64,000 nucleotides of DNA from a virus. Both the position numbers and the translations under genes were made by a program. How positions within the stretch are numbered: the stretch's first letter is position 1; the number at the start of each line of letters is the position of its first letter. Of the stretch, positions 37,286-46,676 are shown piece by piece. The stretch covers positions 1 through 64,000 of the IMG/VR virus record IMGVR_UViG_3300021959_010405. The stretch is one strand, 5' to 3'. Under the pieces are notes generated by a model, which saw only the letters and a program-made list of their open reading frames with translations, ran no database searches and was not told the DNA's origin.

Positions 37286-39058
37286 TTAACGCCGACGACG
37301 ACCACGCCTTCTAGTCTCGTCATCAATATTCGGGTCCGAATCATTTAGCTTCTTTGGGCTCTTACCAGGATTGCTCGAGTCAACCCCGTCGTAGTTGTTA
37401 CCATGACCGTTATTTTGTTTAAGAGCTGCATCTTCCTCGTCAGTCAAATTTCTAGAGCAATCAATCGAGCCGACGTCAGTCTCAACCTCCTCATAAAAAC
37501 TGACCAGAAATGCTAGATCTTGAAGATCGAACCCACTGCTACTTACATCCGTATGGGTCAACTCGACCAAGTAAATCACATCCCTCGAGCCGATCTTTAT
37601 CCTACCTTCCGAATCGAGAAATGGCAGAAGGAAGGACTCGATCGAGGGCTGCTGATACAGGGGCGTTGTTGTCGGAGGGACATCACCATTCCGAAGGGCC
37701 CTTACATTTTGTGAAACCGAGCGGGAGTCGAACGTTGAACTCCAATACCCGTCATGGCGTACGTAGCGTCCACTGAAATCGAGAGTGTCTCCGCTAGCCA
37801 ACTTTGTCGACCAAACAATCTTGTTTGGATTAATACGATCATTCGTATCAAAGAAAAAGCTTTTTGAGGAACCTCCATTCTGACTCACCCTTCCTTGCGT
37901 AGGTACCCATTCCCAGTGAACAACTTTATCACGCCAATTCTTCCAAACTCTCTTAACAGAGGCGCCAAGTACCCTAACATCAGCGAAGACGCAACGATCA
38001 GCTCGGACCGTTCCTGTATTTTCAATGGACACAATATCCGAAACAGCCTCAGGAACAGTAACATTCCACGATAGTGTTGGGTGAGTACCCGCTTGAACTT
38101 GAGTCGGGCTAGCAATCAATGTACCAACGGGGATGATCGGAGATTCTTCCTGTCCCAACATTAAAGCTGGTACTGCTGTCAGCATAATGAATATTAAGGC
38201 AAATAATTTACTAATAGTATTATTTAAAACGCTTTTCATAAAGAAAACGTCATGCCATTTACTTTCTTGCTTAAGAATACCGTTAAGATTAAATTTTTCG
38301 CAGATATTTTTAAACGTCTTGAAGTTAGGCTCAAATTCTGCATCAGGAATCTGACTATCATAAAACTTATACTCATCTACCCACATCTCATTGTGACTAT
38401 TATCTAGATCAATAAGCTCTCTATTTTTATCAACAATATCTTGTTGTTCTTGTGTCAGTATCTTTTCTCCTTTGATAATAGCAAGAGCTCTTTTATTACC
38501 AAACCCCTCTACGCCTTCAATATTGTCTGACTTATCACCAACAATACACTTATACTCACAAAATCTATTCGGATGCATGCCATATTTCTCATACATTGTG
38601 GGAATATCAAACAATATCTTTTTAATTGGTGAAAATACTTTAGTTTCTGCAGAAACTAATTGTAAAAGATCTGTATCCGCAGAAATAATGACATTCTCGC
38701 CTGGAAGCTTTTTTGATAGCCAGAAAATAATATCATCTGCTTCACCTCTCTTAGGATATACATTAATAATACCTAGTGACTCAAATAGATTCTCAATAAC
38801 ACTGGTAAGTTCATGGACCTGCGCATTATATTCATTATCTCTTGTTTCCTTATACACAGAATCACCTTCCTTTCTGAAAGCTACCTCTGAACTCTTACGC
38901 ATATCCCATGCGCAGTATATCTTTGTTGGTTCAAACTTTTCTACATAGGATTTAATAGATGTCAACACAATAGAGAGGTGATTTACACCACCCCTACTAT
39001 TTGATACCCAGTAGGCTCTATGTACAAGATTATTACCGTCAATTATTAGATTTTTCAT
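37286..39058 (-). CDS. rnh: T4-type RNase H (5'-3' exonuclease) fused in frame to a secreted-type domain
   Basis: LIIDGNN, CAWD, YKETR, EADD, SADTDLLQL, GDKSDNIEGVEGFG. No stop before a hydrophobic segment and a ~285-aa unrelated domain. Start set at MKNLIID (39058). Confidence 0.85.
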   Translation of the reverse strand: MKNLIIDGNNLVHRAYWVSNSRGGVNHLSIVLTSIKSYVEKFEPTKIYCAWDMRKSSEVAFRKEGDSVYKETRDNEYNAQVHELTSVIENLFESLGIINVYPKRGEADDIIFWLSKKLPGENVIISADTDLLQLVSAETKVFSPIKKILFDIPTMYEKYGMHPNRFCEYKCIVGDKSDNIEGVEGFGNKRALAIIKGEKILTQEQQDIVDKNRELIDLDNSHNEMWVDEYKFYDSQIPDAEFEPNFKTFKNICEKFNLNGILKQESKWHDVFFMKSVLNNTISKLFALIFIMLTAVPALMLGQEESPIIPVGTLIASPTQVQAGTHPTLSWNVTVPEAVSDIVSIENTGTVRADRCVFADVRVLGASVKRVWKNWRDKVVHWEWVPTQGRVSQNGGSSKSFFFDTNDRINPNKIVWSTKLASGDTLDFSGRYVRHDGYWSSTFDSRSVSQNVRALRNGDVPPTTTPLYQQPSIESFLLPFLDSEGRIKIGSRDVIYLVELTHTDVSSSGFDLQDLAFLVSFYEEVETDVGSIDCSRNLTDEEDAALKQNNGHGNNYDGVDSSNPGKSPKKLNDSDPNIDDETRRRGRRRR

Positions 39059-39296
39059 TTTTGTCGTATTGTTTTTTTGATACTTTATAGACATATCTTG
39101 GAACTCTTTCAACCATATTAACGATGCCAGATTCTATACCATCGTCAAATGTTTTACAGTCGATTGTTCTATTTTCCATTAATGGTATCGATAAAAAATT
39201 ATATTGAGGTTCCTTTTTTTCTTTTCCACAATATATCCACATTTCACCAGCATAACTACCAGTTTCAATTGCGTATATTTCTCTTTCTTTTGGCAT
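39039..39296 (-). CDS. Hypothetical protein
   Basis: 85-aa ORF in a tightly packed operon. Confidence 0.6.
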   Translation of the reverse strand: MPKEREIYAIETGSYAGEMWIYCGKEKKEPQYNFLSIPLMENRTIDCKTFDDGIESGIVNMVERVPRYVYKVSKKQYDKNEKSNN

Positions 39297-39297
39297 T

Positions 39298-39717
39298 TTA
39301 CAATTCCGGAGGAAGCTGTCGTGAAAAATATTTAGTTACAAGTTTTTGTAAGGACATTCCCAGAGCATCTGTTTCCATAGCTGATTTAGCCTTTATAATT
39401 TCAACCGGATCTCCGTTAAAATCAAAACCTATAAGTATAAAAGATGAAATAAACTCTTCAACAGTCGAAGATAATGCAATCTTACAATTCCTAGTATATT
39501 TTTTTTCCTTGGATACGTTTTTCAATGCTTCTACTAGCATCTCTTGAAAGACCTCTTCATCAACCCCGTCAATATCTTCTGAATCTATATAAATTTCGTA
39601 TTCTTCCTCCGGAAAGCTTTCAGACTTTTTTTTATTATTAGATATATCAGGTTTTTTCTTGTTCTTACTACCTTTGGGTCGTCCTCTTTTACGTTTCTTG
39701 GGGTTCTGATCCTCCAT
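39298..39717 (-). CDS. AT-hook-containing protein
   Basis: KRKRGRPKGSKNKK followed by an acidic stretch; TATAAATA 6 nt upstream. Confidence 0.65.
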   Translation of the reverse strand: MEDQNPKKRKRGRPKGSKNKKKPDISNNKKKSESFPEEEYEIYIDSEDIDGVDEEVFQEMLVEALKNVSKEKKYTRNCKIALSSTVEEFISSFILIGFDFNGDPVEIIKAKSAMETDALGMSLQKLVTKYFSRQLPPEL

Positions 39718-40072
39718 TAGATATATTTATATCAGAACCCTTAAAAAATCGACTTTTATCAGACGCAGATTGCTTGACCCCCGATGTAATGAGTTTTTCA
39801 ACGATAATTTCTATTGATGATGTCTTTAGCATAGTGTTTTTTGCAAACAATTTGCCCCCATCGTCGAAATGAAATACTACCTCGCCTTTAACGAATGGGT
39901 CATTCATACAAGTAATAAATAAGCTCGTGTCTCCAGGATCGACCAATATAGTCCATCTCCTAGGATCGTCTTTTTTATAGTCTTGGAAGATTCTTAAAAC
40001 AATAAAGTCATTGTCTCTAAGACGCTTTATGAAATATCCGGGCGTATAAATTTTGTTTTTTGTATTTTTCAT
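39689..40072 (-). CDS. Hypothetical protein
   Basis: 127-aa ORF coupled to gp45. Confidence 0.6.
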   Translation of the reverse strand: MKNTKNKIYTPGYFIKRLRDNDFIVLRIFQDYKKDDPRRWTILVDPGDTSLFITCMNDPFVKGEVVFHFDDGGKLFAKNTMLKTSSIEIIVEKLITSGVKQSASDKSRFFKGSDINISNGGSEPQET

Positions 40073-40800
40073 GCTACTACTGAAGTTACAATGTATTGTA
40101 AGATAGATTGATTTGTTGTAATTTTAAATTGAACGATACCATATTCATTATTAATGCTGACGTCAGTATTTAAATTAAGAGCAGAAAAAGAACGCACAGC
40201 ATCTAACATTAGAGGTATAGGTTCAGTTATCGGAGGGCCGTTATAATTATCTACAACGCAGAAGGTAAACATATCGCTGTTATCAATAGTCCTATCAGTC
40301 AATTCAGCATATATACTGTTTTCTTGCGTATAAAGATATATTTTATTAACATCGCCTGCGATTGAGGAGCTTTTAACGAGCTGATTGATAACTTGACTCT
40401 CTATTAGAAAATTAACATCATACTCGAACTCGTTAATTTTATCTAAATTAAGCTTAGGGACCGTAAGAATGCCATCTTCAAACAAATGAAATCTAAATTT
40501 AATATTATTTGATTTATATTGTATATTGTTTGAATTAATTTTAAGACTAACTTCATTATCATCAATAATTTTTAGTGAACTAACTAATTTATCAATATTA
40601 GGCACATTAATTTGAAATTCCTCTTCAACGTTAGAGGCTAACATATATTTTGAATATAATACTGTCGTATTATCTATCGATGATACTAAGCAACTTATTT
40701 CATTTCCGGAAACTTTAAGTATTGCGGTTTCGGAAAATCGATTTATAGGCTTTAAGAAATTTTGTATAAAGCCATCCTTGTCTTGTAGATTTAAATCCAT
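40069..40800 (-). CDS. gp45: Sliding clamp (gp45-like)
   Basis: 243 aa with two-domain clamp-like spacing; NIDKLVSSL and KFRFHL..GIL; replication-cluster context next to gp32. Confidence 0.7.
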   Translation of the reverse strand: MDLNLQDKDGFIQNFLKPINRFSETAILKVSGNEISCLVSSIDNTTVLYSKYMLASNVEEEFQINVPNIDKLVSSLKIIDDNEVSLKINSNNIQYKSNNIKFRFHLFEDGILTVPKLNLDKINEFEYDVNFLIESQVINQLVKSSSIAGDVNKIYLYTQENSIYAELTDRTIDNSDMFTFCVVDNYNGPPITEPIPLMLDAVRSFSALNLNTDVSINNEYGIVQFKITTNQSILQYIVTSVVA

Positions 40801-41355
40801 TTACTTTTTTTTAGCGACCTTTTTAGTAGAGGGTTTAGTAGCTTTTTTCGCGGTAGGTCTTTTGACTGCTTGGAGCTCTTCCACTATAGATAATACCTTA
40901 TTAAGTTTATTATTCAACAAGTTAATTTCGCCTAAAATAATATTTGTCTGACCATTAGGTTCAGTAAAATCAAACTCTAATTGATCTGGATCGATTTGAT
41001 TTGTTACCGGTTGTACATTATTAGCTGGTTGTACATTATTAGCTGGTTGTATAGGTGGTTCAGTAACATTGCTTACTCCCTCAACGGGTTCAATTCCTAA
41101 ACTCTCCAGGGGCGCGTCGTATGGTATCATCTGCGCCGCTACATCTACCCCTCCCGGTAGACCATGAGGGAGCGTCTGGGAGGGAGTAGACGATGCAAAT
41201 TTGGCATCGATTTCGGAAGCTACTTTAGTTATTAAAGTTTCATTATTTTGCTTTGATACTGGGACTACAGTTCCAGAATCAATTTCCTTAGATTTATTCA
41301 TTATAGATCCAAGGAAATTTGCAATTGCTGCCTTTTCGTTTTGCGAATTATCCAT
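40801..41355 (-). CDS. Hypothetical protein
   Basis: Start at ATG 41355, 1 nt after the gp32 stop; contains QPANNV repeats and a DQLEFDF motif. Confidence 0.6.
   Translation of the reverse strand: MDNSQNEKAAIANFLGSIMNKSKEIDSGTVVPVSKQNNETLITKVASEIDAKFASSTPSQTLPHGLPGGVDVAAQMIPYDAPLESLGIEPVEGVSNVTEPPIQPANNVQPANNVQPVTNQIDPDQLEFDFTEPNGQTNIILGEINLLNNKLNKVLSIVEELQAVKRPTAKKATKPSTKKVAKKK
41007..41050 (-). repeat. 18-bp coding tandem repeat (QPANNV)
   Basis: ggttgtacattattagct repeated on the + strand. Confidence 0.8.
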
Positions 41356-41356
41356 A

Positions 41357-42223
41357 TTAATCATCGATACCAGCAAGAAGCTCAGCGACAATGGAATCAT
41401 CATCATCAGTAGCTGTATCTGTCGCTGCCGGTGCACTGTTTGTAACGGGCACTGTATTAACTGCAGGAGATGGGTTAGCTTCGTGAACCGTAGGAGTAGA
41501 ATAACTATCGGAAGATGATTCATTTACAAGATAGTGCTCTTGGAACATTTTTTCGAGCTCCTCGTATGACTTAACCTGAAAGACCTCGTCAAGTACATGT
41601 GTATTCTTGTAGATTTCTTCAATCCTACTATCAGATAACCCAAGATCGCTCTTCGACCCTGTAAACCGAGAAGAAACGTAGGTTGGATATTCACCCTGTG
41701 ATTCGACTTCAATTTTTAGACTAACACCGTTAGATCCAAGATCAAAAATACGAGGACCAAACTCATCACTATCCTCACCATCGATAGCCCTGCGGATAAT
41801 TTTATCTAGCTGCTTACCATAACGAATAATTTTAACTTCACCGTTATTATCCGGATTTTCAGTATCGTCTACTACATAGGCGTTAACAAGCCACTTTTCC
41901 GCACGACGGACAGATTTAATCTTCTCTTTTTCATCGTCAGTACCGTGTTTGTAAATACGATATCGCGCTTCTAGAATAGGGTCACGCTCTCCAAACGATT
42001 GAGGAGAAATAGACTGAACATATTGACCGGTCGCGAAAGACTCCCACCCAACTGTATAGTAGTGAAAGAAACTCTTTTCTGGAGCTTCCACGTTAGGCAG
42101 AAGCCTAACTGTATATGTATTGCCGGATTTCATAGAAAGAATATCGGCATAACTATTTCGCTCTTCTTGCTTAGAGAGAGCGCCTTTAATGCTATCAAAC
42201 ATAGATGAATTGAATGTACTCAT
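41357..42223 (-). CDS. gp32: Single-stranded DNA-binding protein
   Basis: VRLLP, FFHYY, LVNAYVVDD, NNGEVKIIRYGKQL, IFDL, YPTYVSSRF, acidic tail. Confidence 0.9.
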   Translation of the reverse strand: MSTFNSSMFDSIKGALSKQEERNSYADILSMKSGNTYTVRLLPNVEAPEKSFFHYYTVGWESFATGQYVQSISPQSFGERDPILEARYRIYKHGTDDEKEKIKSVRRAEKWLVNAYVVDDTENPDNNGEVKIIRYGKQLDKIIRRAIDGEDSDEFGPRIFDLGSNGVSLKIEVESQGEYPTYVSSRFTGSKSDLGLSDSRIEEIYKNTHVLDEVFQVKSYEELEKMFQEHYLVNESSSDSYSTPTVHEANPSPAVNTVPVTNSAPAATDTATDDDDSIVAELLAGIDD

Positions 42224-42236
42224 ATTTTGTATCTTT

Positions 42237-42264
42237 ATTATAGGTTATCTTAGGTTATTTTCAA
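42237..42264 (-). promoter_or_regulatory. sigma70-like promoter of gp32
   Basis: TTGAAA-N16-TATAAT; the spacer holds ATAACCTA twice. Confidence 0.65.
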
Positions 42265-42876
42265 CTTGGTTTTTATTTGTTTTATTAGGTTGTTATATTT
42301 GCTAGAGTTTAAACATTTAGTTCTTGCAAAATCTATTCTATCGAAAAAGTCATCACCGCACATTAGCTTAGTAATATCTTTATCGCATTCTAAAATTATT
42401 GTATTAAATTCGGAAAAGGAAATTAGCGCATTTATCCAGGTTTTTCGCTCCATTAGGTGTAGGAGACATTTATACTGATTACCATCCTTTAGATTAAAAT
42501 ATTCCGTAATTGTTAATTTATTGTTGTTAATATAATCTCTTATAAAAACAAACGATTTAGCGGTCCGTGTTAGAGATTCGGCGCTGTCAGGGGAAAGAGA
42601 TTCTATATGCTTCATATACTTAACATAAGCATTCATGGCCTTTGCAGTTGTATAGAAATCTAAATTTACGTTTAAACTAGCATCCTCAAAAAATGGTGCA
42701 TAAAAAAAATCTTTAATATTTATATGAGGATATTTGAGTAATTTTTTAGATATAGCCTTGCATGGGACTAATTTATCTTCCGGAAAATTATCGAAATTTG
42801 TTCTCGCTTTCCAGGGCTTATTTTTTATCGAGCGTGTTGTAATTAGGTATTGGTTATAAACAGCTCGTTCATGCAT
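42250..42876 (-). CDS. Possible helicase loader (gp59-like)
   Basis: Immediately upstream of gp32, as in T4; ~208 aa; VYNQYL N-terminal helix. Similarity is weak. Confidence 0.45.
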   Translation of the reverse strand: MHERAVYNQYLITTRSIKNKPWKARTNFDNFPEDKLVPCKAISKKLLKYPHINIKDFFYAPFFEDASLNVNLDFYTTAKAMNAYVKYMKHIESLSPDSAESLTRTAKSFVFIRDYINNNKLTITEYFNLKDGNQYKCLLHLMERKTWINALISFSEFNTIILECDKDITKLMCGDDFFDRIDFARTKCLNSSKYNNLIKQIKTKLKIT

Positions 42877-42878
42877 TG

Positions 42879-43178
42879 TTATTTTATTACCTGCGATGGC
42901 GCGCATTTATTTAAATATTTTGAAATATACTTACTTTTACTTAGTGTTGGATCGTATTCGATAAATCTCGCAAACGTATCGTAGTCATTATCGATACCCG
43001 TCATATATTGGAATAAATTTCTATAGTTTTTATTCTCCAATAATAATAAGAAAATATTCGGTAAATTCAACTTTTTATTATGTAAAATACAAATAAAACT
43101 ACAAAAACATAAAAGCAAATGATCGCTTTCTACAAAGTTTATACTGTCGATAGGGTTAAATTGATTTTTCGGGGTCAT
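42879..43178 (-). CDS. Hypothetical protein
   Basis: 99-aa operonic ORF. Confidence 0.55.
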   Translation of the reverse strand: MTPKNQFNPIDSINFVESDHLLLCFCSFICILHNKKLNLPNIFLLLLENKNYRNLFQYMTGIDNDYDTFARFIEYDPTLSKSKYISKYLNKCAPSQVIK

Positions 43179-44050
43179 ATTTTTTTAAGTTTTTTAGTAA
43201 AATTCATAAACTGTTCAGTAATATAACCTCCCGCTGATTCGGCATGCCCTCCCCCGTTCGCGAGTTTTTTCGCTATTTCATTCATAGGGAGTGTGCACTT
43301 ATCTGAACGTCTAAATGAAACTGTACCGCTGTTTGGGTTTACCACAATACCAATATCTGCGTTATATGTAGAAATAATATTTTTAGCTATATCATTAATA
43401 CCAAAACTAGCTATAGTTGAAACTACTCGACGAGGCTTTTCTCCAATATTAATATCCCCTACATGTATTTCTATTTTTGAAAGAATTTCTTTAAGTTTTT
43501 TATTATATATATTAATTGAATTTTTTTGCTGTCGAGAAAATCCTGAAAATCCGTTATGAAAACTATCAATAAATTTTTGAACCCTATCCCCAGTTAGACT
43601 CCAATAGAGTCTATTTAAATCCTCCGACATTGGATATTTTAGTTCGTTACTATCGTAGTCATCTATTAGATTTATAAGGAGTTTTTGCTCCTTAAATGCA
43701 TTAATAGAATCCTTATAAGTATCATATATTAATTTTGTAGTAGATCCGCACTTCTTAATAAGAGTATTGCATTTACTATATCTATTAGATTCTAAGATGT
43801 GAGTGTCATGATGATCTATAATGAAGATGTTCTTCTGATCTACAATATCAATGTTAGAGCTTACATCTAGATCACATATAAAAATTTTCTGAAAGTTATG
43901 ACCTTCATGACGATACCAATTTTCGAAATCCTTACGAAAATTACGAGATGTAGTTATTTTACTAGGCAATGTTCTTTTAGCGAACCAAGAAAGGGCTAAA
44001 ATAGAACCTACACCATCTAAATCTACATCTGACCAAACAAATAGCGACAT
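43175..44050 (-). CDS. DHH-family phosphoesterase
   Basis: SDVDLDG, ICDL, IIDHH, DDYD and GGGHAESAGG (DHHA1). Confidence 0.9.
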   Translation of the reverse strand: MSLFVWSDVDLDGVGSILALSWFAKRTLPSKITTSRNFRKDFENWYRHEGHNFQKIFICDLDVSSNIDIVDQKNIFIIDHHDTHILESNRYSKCNTLIKKCGSTTKLIYDTYKDSINAFKEQKLLINLIDDYDSNELKYPMSEDLNRLYWSLTGDRVQKFIDSFHNGFSGFSRQQKNSINIYNKKLKEILSKIEIHVGDINIGEKPRRVVSTIASFGINDIAKNIISTYNADIGIVVNPNSGTVSFRRSDKCTLPMNEIAKKLANGGGHAESAGGYITEQFMNFTKKLKKI

Positions 44051-44082
44051 TTACAATATAATTATATTAATTATTGTAATAA

Positions 44083-45414
44083 TCAACTATCGGTAAGCAT
44101 TCTTAAGCTACTATAAATATCGTTAGATTCGTCTGTTTCAGATATCATATCTTCTTCATCGAATTCGCTTAACGTTAAGGTAGTAAAGTCAATAGAAAAG
44201 CGATTAGACCCTACCGCTCTACCGAATCGATTTTTCATTATACCTGCATGTATTGTTTGAAATTCTATATCCTCTTCATCCTGCCATAATCCCATAATAA
44301 AGTCTGCAGTTGCAGCAACACCAACCGATTCAGATAAGCTATCAAGACCAGGATTATCTTCATCAAAACCACCACGATTTAGCTGAGTAGCGGTAATGAT
44401 AGGGCAGTTATAAATGTAACTCATAGCCCTAAGCTGCTCTGTTACATGCTTAACTCTTTCATATAGGTTTGTACCTGATGGTGAAGATAATAAGTTCAAA
44501 TAATCAATTACGATAGCATCAAATTTAATTCCTGACGATTGTAATTTTTTTATAAACCCTGACAATTGTTTAGGGGTAATAGTCGAAGGAGGAAACTCCT
44601 TTATATAAATTTTACGTCGAGGATTTTTCTCGTGTATCTTGAGCATATCGTTTTTCAACGCGGCAGAAGAATTAGCCAATTCAGATAAAGGTATAGCTGT
44701 AGCATTAGAGCATAATCTTCTTGCATAGATCATCTCCGACATTTCAAGAGATATAACTAGTACATTATTACCAGCTGCGGATATATTATTTGCAATATTT
44801 CCTAAGAATATACTTTTACCAACGTTAGGTCGGCCTGCATATATATAAATCGATCTACCGTCTCTCAAAAATCCTCCTCCAAGAGTTTTGTCCATCCACT
44901 CCCACCCGGATGAAATTACAGGCTCGACTTTATTAAGATCTTCAACAATACGATTAATGTCTGTAAATAATTCAATACCATGATCTGTAGTGAGATTTAC
45001 ATTACATGCTTTTTCAAATTTATCTAGAATTAAAGAGGTATCTGCACCCCCATCACCAACAGTCTTGGCTGTTTCAAGAAGAGTATTGTAGACATTACGT
45101 TCTTTAATAAACTGCTCTGTATTCAGTATTAACTCATCTTGATTATAATTAGTATCTAATTTACTAAATTCTTCTACTACGGACTTAAACGATGTTCGAA
45201 GATCGTCTGTAGTTAATAAAGCCTTTACCTCTGTAATATTAGGGCATGTATTATTGCGATCATGAAAATCAGAGATAATACTAATTATATCCTTAATGTT
45301 TTTATTTTCAAAAATATCAGGCTGTAAAAAATCAATTACAGATGTAAGATAACCTTCATTAGTTAGCGAATGGAAAAGAATAATCTTTTCCATAAATTTA
45401 TGATCTATCTTCAT
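44083..45414 (-). CDS. gp41: Replicative helicase
   Basis: GRPNVGKS Walker A, SLEMSE, IVIDYLNL, TATQLNR, KNRFG. Confidence 0.93.
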   Translation of the reverse strand: MKIDHKFMEKIILFHSLTNEGYLTSVIDFLQPDIFENKNIKDIISIISDFHDRNNTCPNITEVKALLTTDDLRTSFKSVVEEFSKLDTNYNQDELILNTEQFIKERNVYNTLLETAKTVGDGGADTSLILDKFEKACNVNLTTDHGIELFTDINRIVEDLNKVEPVISSGWEWMDKTLGGGFLRDGRSIYIYAGRPNVGKSIFLGNIANNISAAGNNVLVISLEMSEMIYARRLCSNATAIPLSELANSSAALKNDMLKIHEKNPRRKIYIKEFPPSTITPKQLSGFIKKLQSSGIKFDAIVIDYLNLLSSPSGTNLYERVKHVTEQLRAMSYIYNCPIITATQLNRGGFDEDNPGLDSLSESVGVAATADFIMGLWQDEEDIEFQTIHAGIMKNRFGRAVGSNRFSIDFTTLTLSEFDEEDMISETDESNDIYSSLRMLTDS

Positions 45415-45419
45415 ACAGT

Positions 45420-45935
45420 TTAAGCCGCGTGCTTAGTCCAAGTAGCGAAGGGCTTATCCATTTTATAATATAGTTGATATTTTTCAACTGTAGGAAGAGA
45501 TTCAAAATTTGGCAGCTGCCTGCAATTCATGGTTTGACTAATCGCTACTGCGAAGGGAGTAAGCTCACCATCAGGTATGTGAGAATTTCCTATGTTGCTA
45601 TCACACCATTCAATAAATGGTCTAGTGAAATGTTCCTTACCAGGCCATCTACGTAATCTCTCGTCACACATTTCGAGTGCATGATTTATAAGCCATTTCA
45701 TATTAGACTTTGACTCAACTACCCATTTGCTGCAAGGGTGATTGCGATGTCTTTTAGCTTGTTTTCGTGGCTGACCGGTCGCGGTCCTAGGACAATCCGG
45801 ATGCTCTAGTTGTTCCGTTGTAAAACAATACGCTAACATTTGACCAGACTCGATAATCATTTTCGATCTTATGTGTTTATCACACATAAGTCTTGCGGCT
45901 TCTTTAGGATTGCTATCAAGTACAAATATATTCAT
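45420..45935 (-). CDS. Pyrimidine-dimer DNA glycosylase-like protein
   Basis: MNIFVLD..P..AA...CDKH..KMIIES.QML and H.NHPCSKW. Confidence 0.75.
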   Translation of the reverse strand: MNIFVLDSNPKEAARLMCDKHIRSKMIIESGQMLAYCFTTEQLEHPDCPRTATGQPRKQAKRHRNHPCSKWVVESKSNMKWLINHALEMCDERLRRWPGKEHFTRPFIEWCDSNIGNSHIPDGELTPFAVAISQTMNCRQLPNFESLPTVEKYQLYYKMDKPFATWTKHAA

Positions 45936-45941
45936 ATAATG

Positions 45942-45969
45942 AATATAATTTCATATGAGAAATAATCAA
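45942..45969 (-). promoter_or_regulatory. sigma70-like promoter
   Basis: TTGATT-N16-TATATT, 6 nt before ATG 45935. Confidence 0.55.
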
Positions 45970-45983
45970 TTTTTTTTTCAAAT

Positions 45984-46676
45984 TTAAGACCACTTTTCTA
46001 AAAACCACTTTTTACCAGCTTCCCACTCATTATCCGGATTAGTTAATCCTGGTGATTTATGAACAATAGGAATATCCCATACTCCTATTTTCTTTTTATT
46101 TTTATTACATTCAAGCGAAAAATCTAAATCATAATAATGAAATCTAGATGGATTATCCTCACTAAATCTGCATGACTCTAACACGCTAGGTGTAGTTGCA
46201 ATAAATACCCCATCAATAAGTAACACTCTTTCGTTTAGAGGGCCGAATGAGGTGTACATATAGGGCATTATATTATTAGAATCGGGAGATAAGCAGTGAG
46301 CTACACAACCTCTCCTCGATTCTGGAGGACCCATTAAGTGCCAAAGACCATATTCTATATTTGATACAGTAGTTGTACCTGCTACACCTACAACATCAAA
46401 CTGCTCAAATGCCTTATCTAATTTTCGATCTATGTTACCACAATTTATATATACATCATCATGTACAAATACTATAGCTGTATTATCGTCGTAATATCCC
46501 AAGCTCTCATCAATAAATTTATTATATTGAGCTGATAGTGATTTATCATTTGTATCAAACCTATAAATGTCATAATTCAAATTAGGGCATTCCTTCGATA
46601 TACTTGTCTCTAGTAACGTTTTTTTACTAGATTTGTTTTTAGTACAGATTACGAAAGATATATTTGTGATACTCAT
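45984..46676 (-). CDS. GT-A glycosyltransferase-like protein
   Basis: IVFVHDDV, VVGVAG, LIDGVFIA, FHYYDLDFSL. Confidence 0.8.
   Translation of the reverse strand: MSITNISFVICTKNKSSKKTLLETSISKECPNLNYDIYRFDTNDKSLSAQYNKFIDESLGYYDDNTAIVFVHDDVYINCGNIDRKLDKAFEQFDVVGVAGTTTVSNIEYGLWHLMGPPESRRGCVAHCLSPDSNNIMPYMYTSFGPLNERVLLIDGVFIATTPSVLESCRFSEDNPSRFHYYDLDFSLECNKNKKKIGVWDIPIVHKSPGLTNPDNEWEAGKKWFLEKWS

Noticed and set aside
37286-38180. IS or transposon behind the GC-rich segment
   Set aside because: No transposase, terminal inverted repeats or target-site duplication seen.
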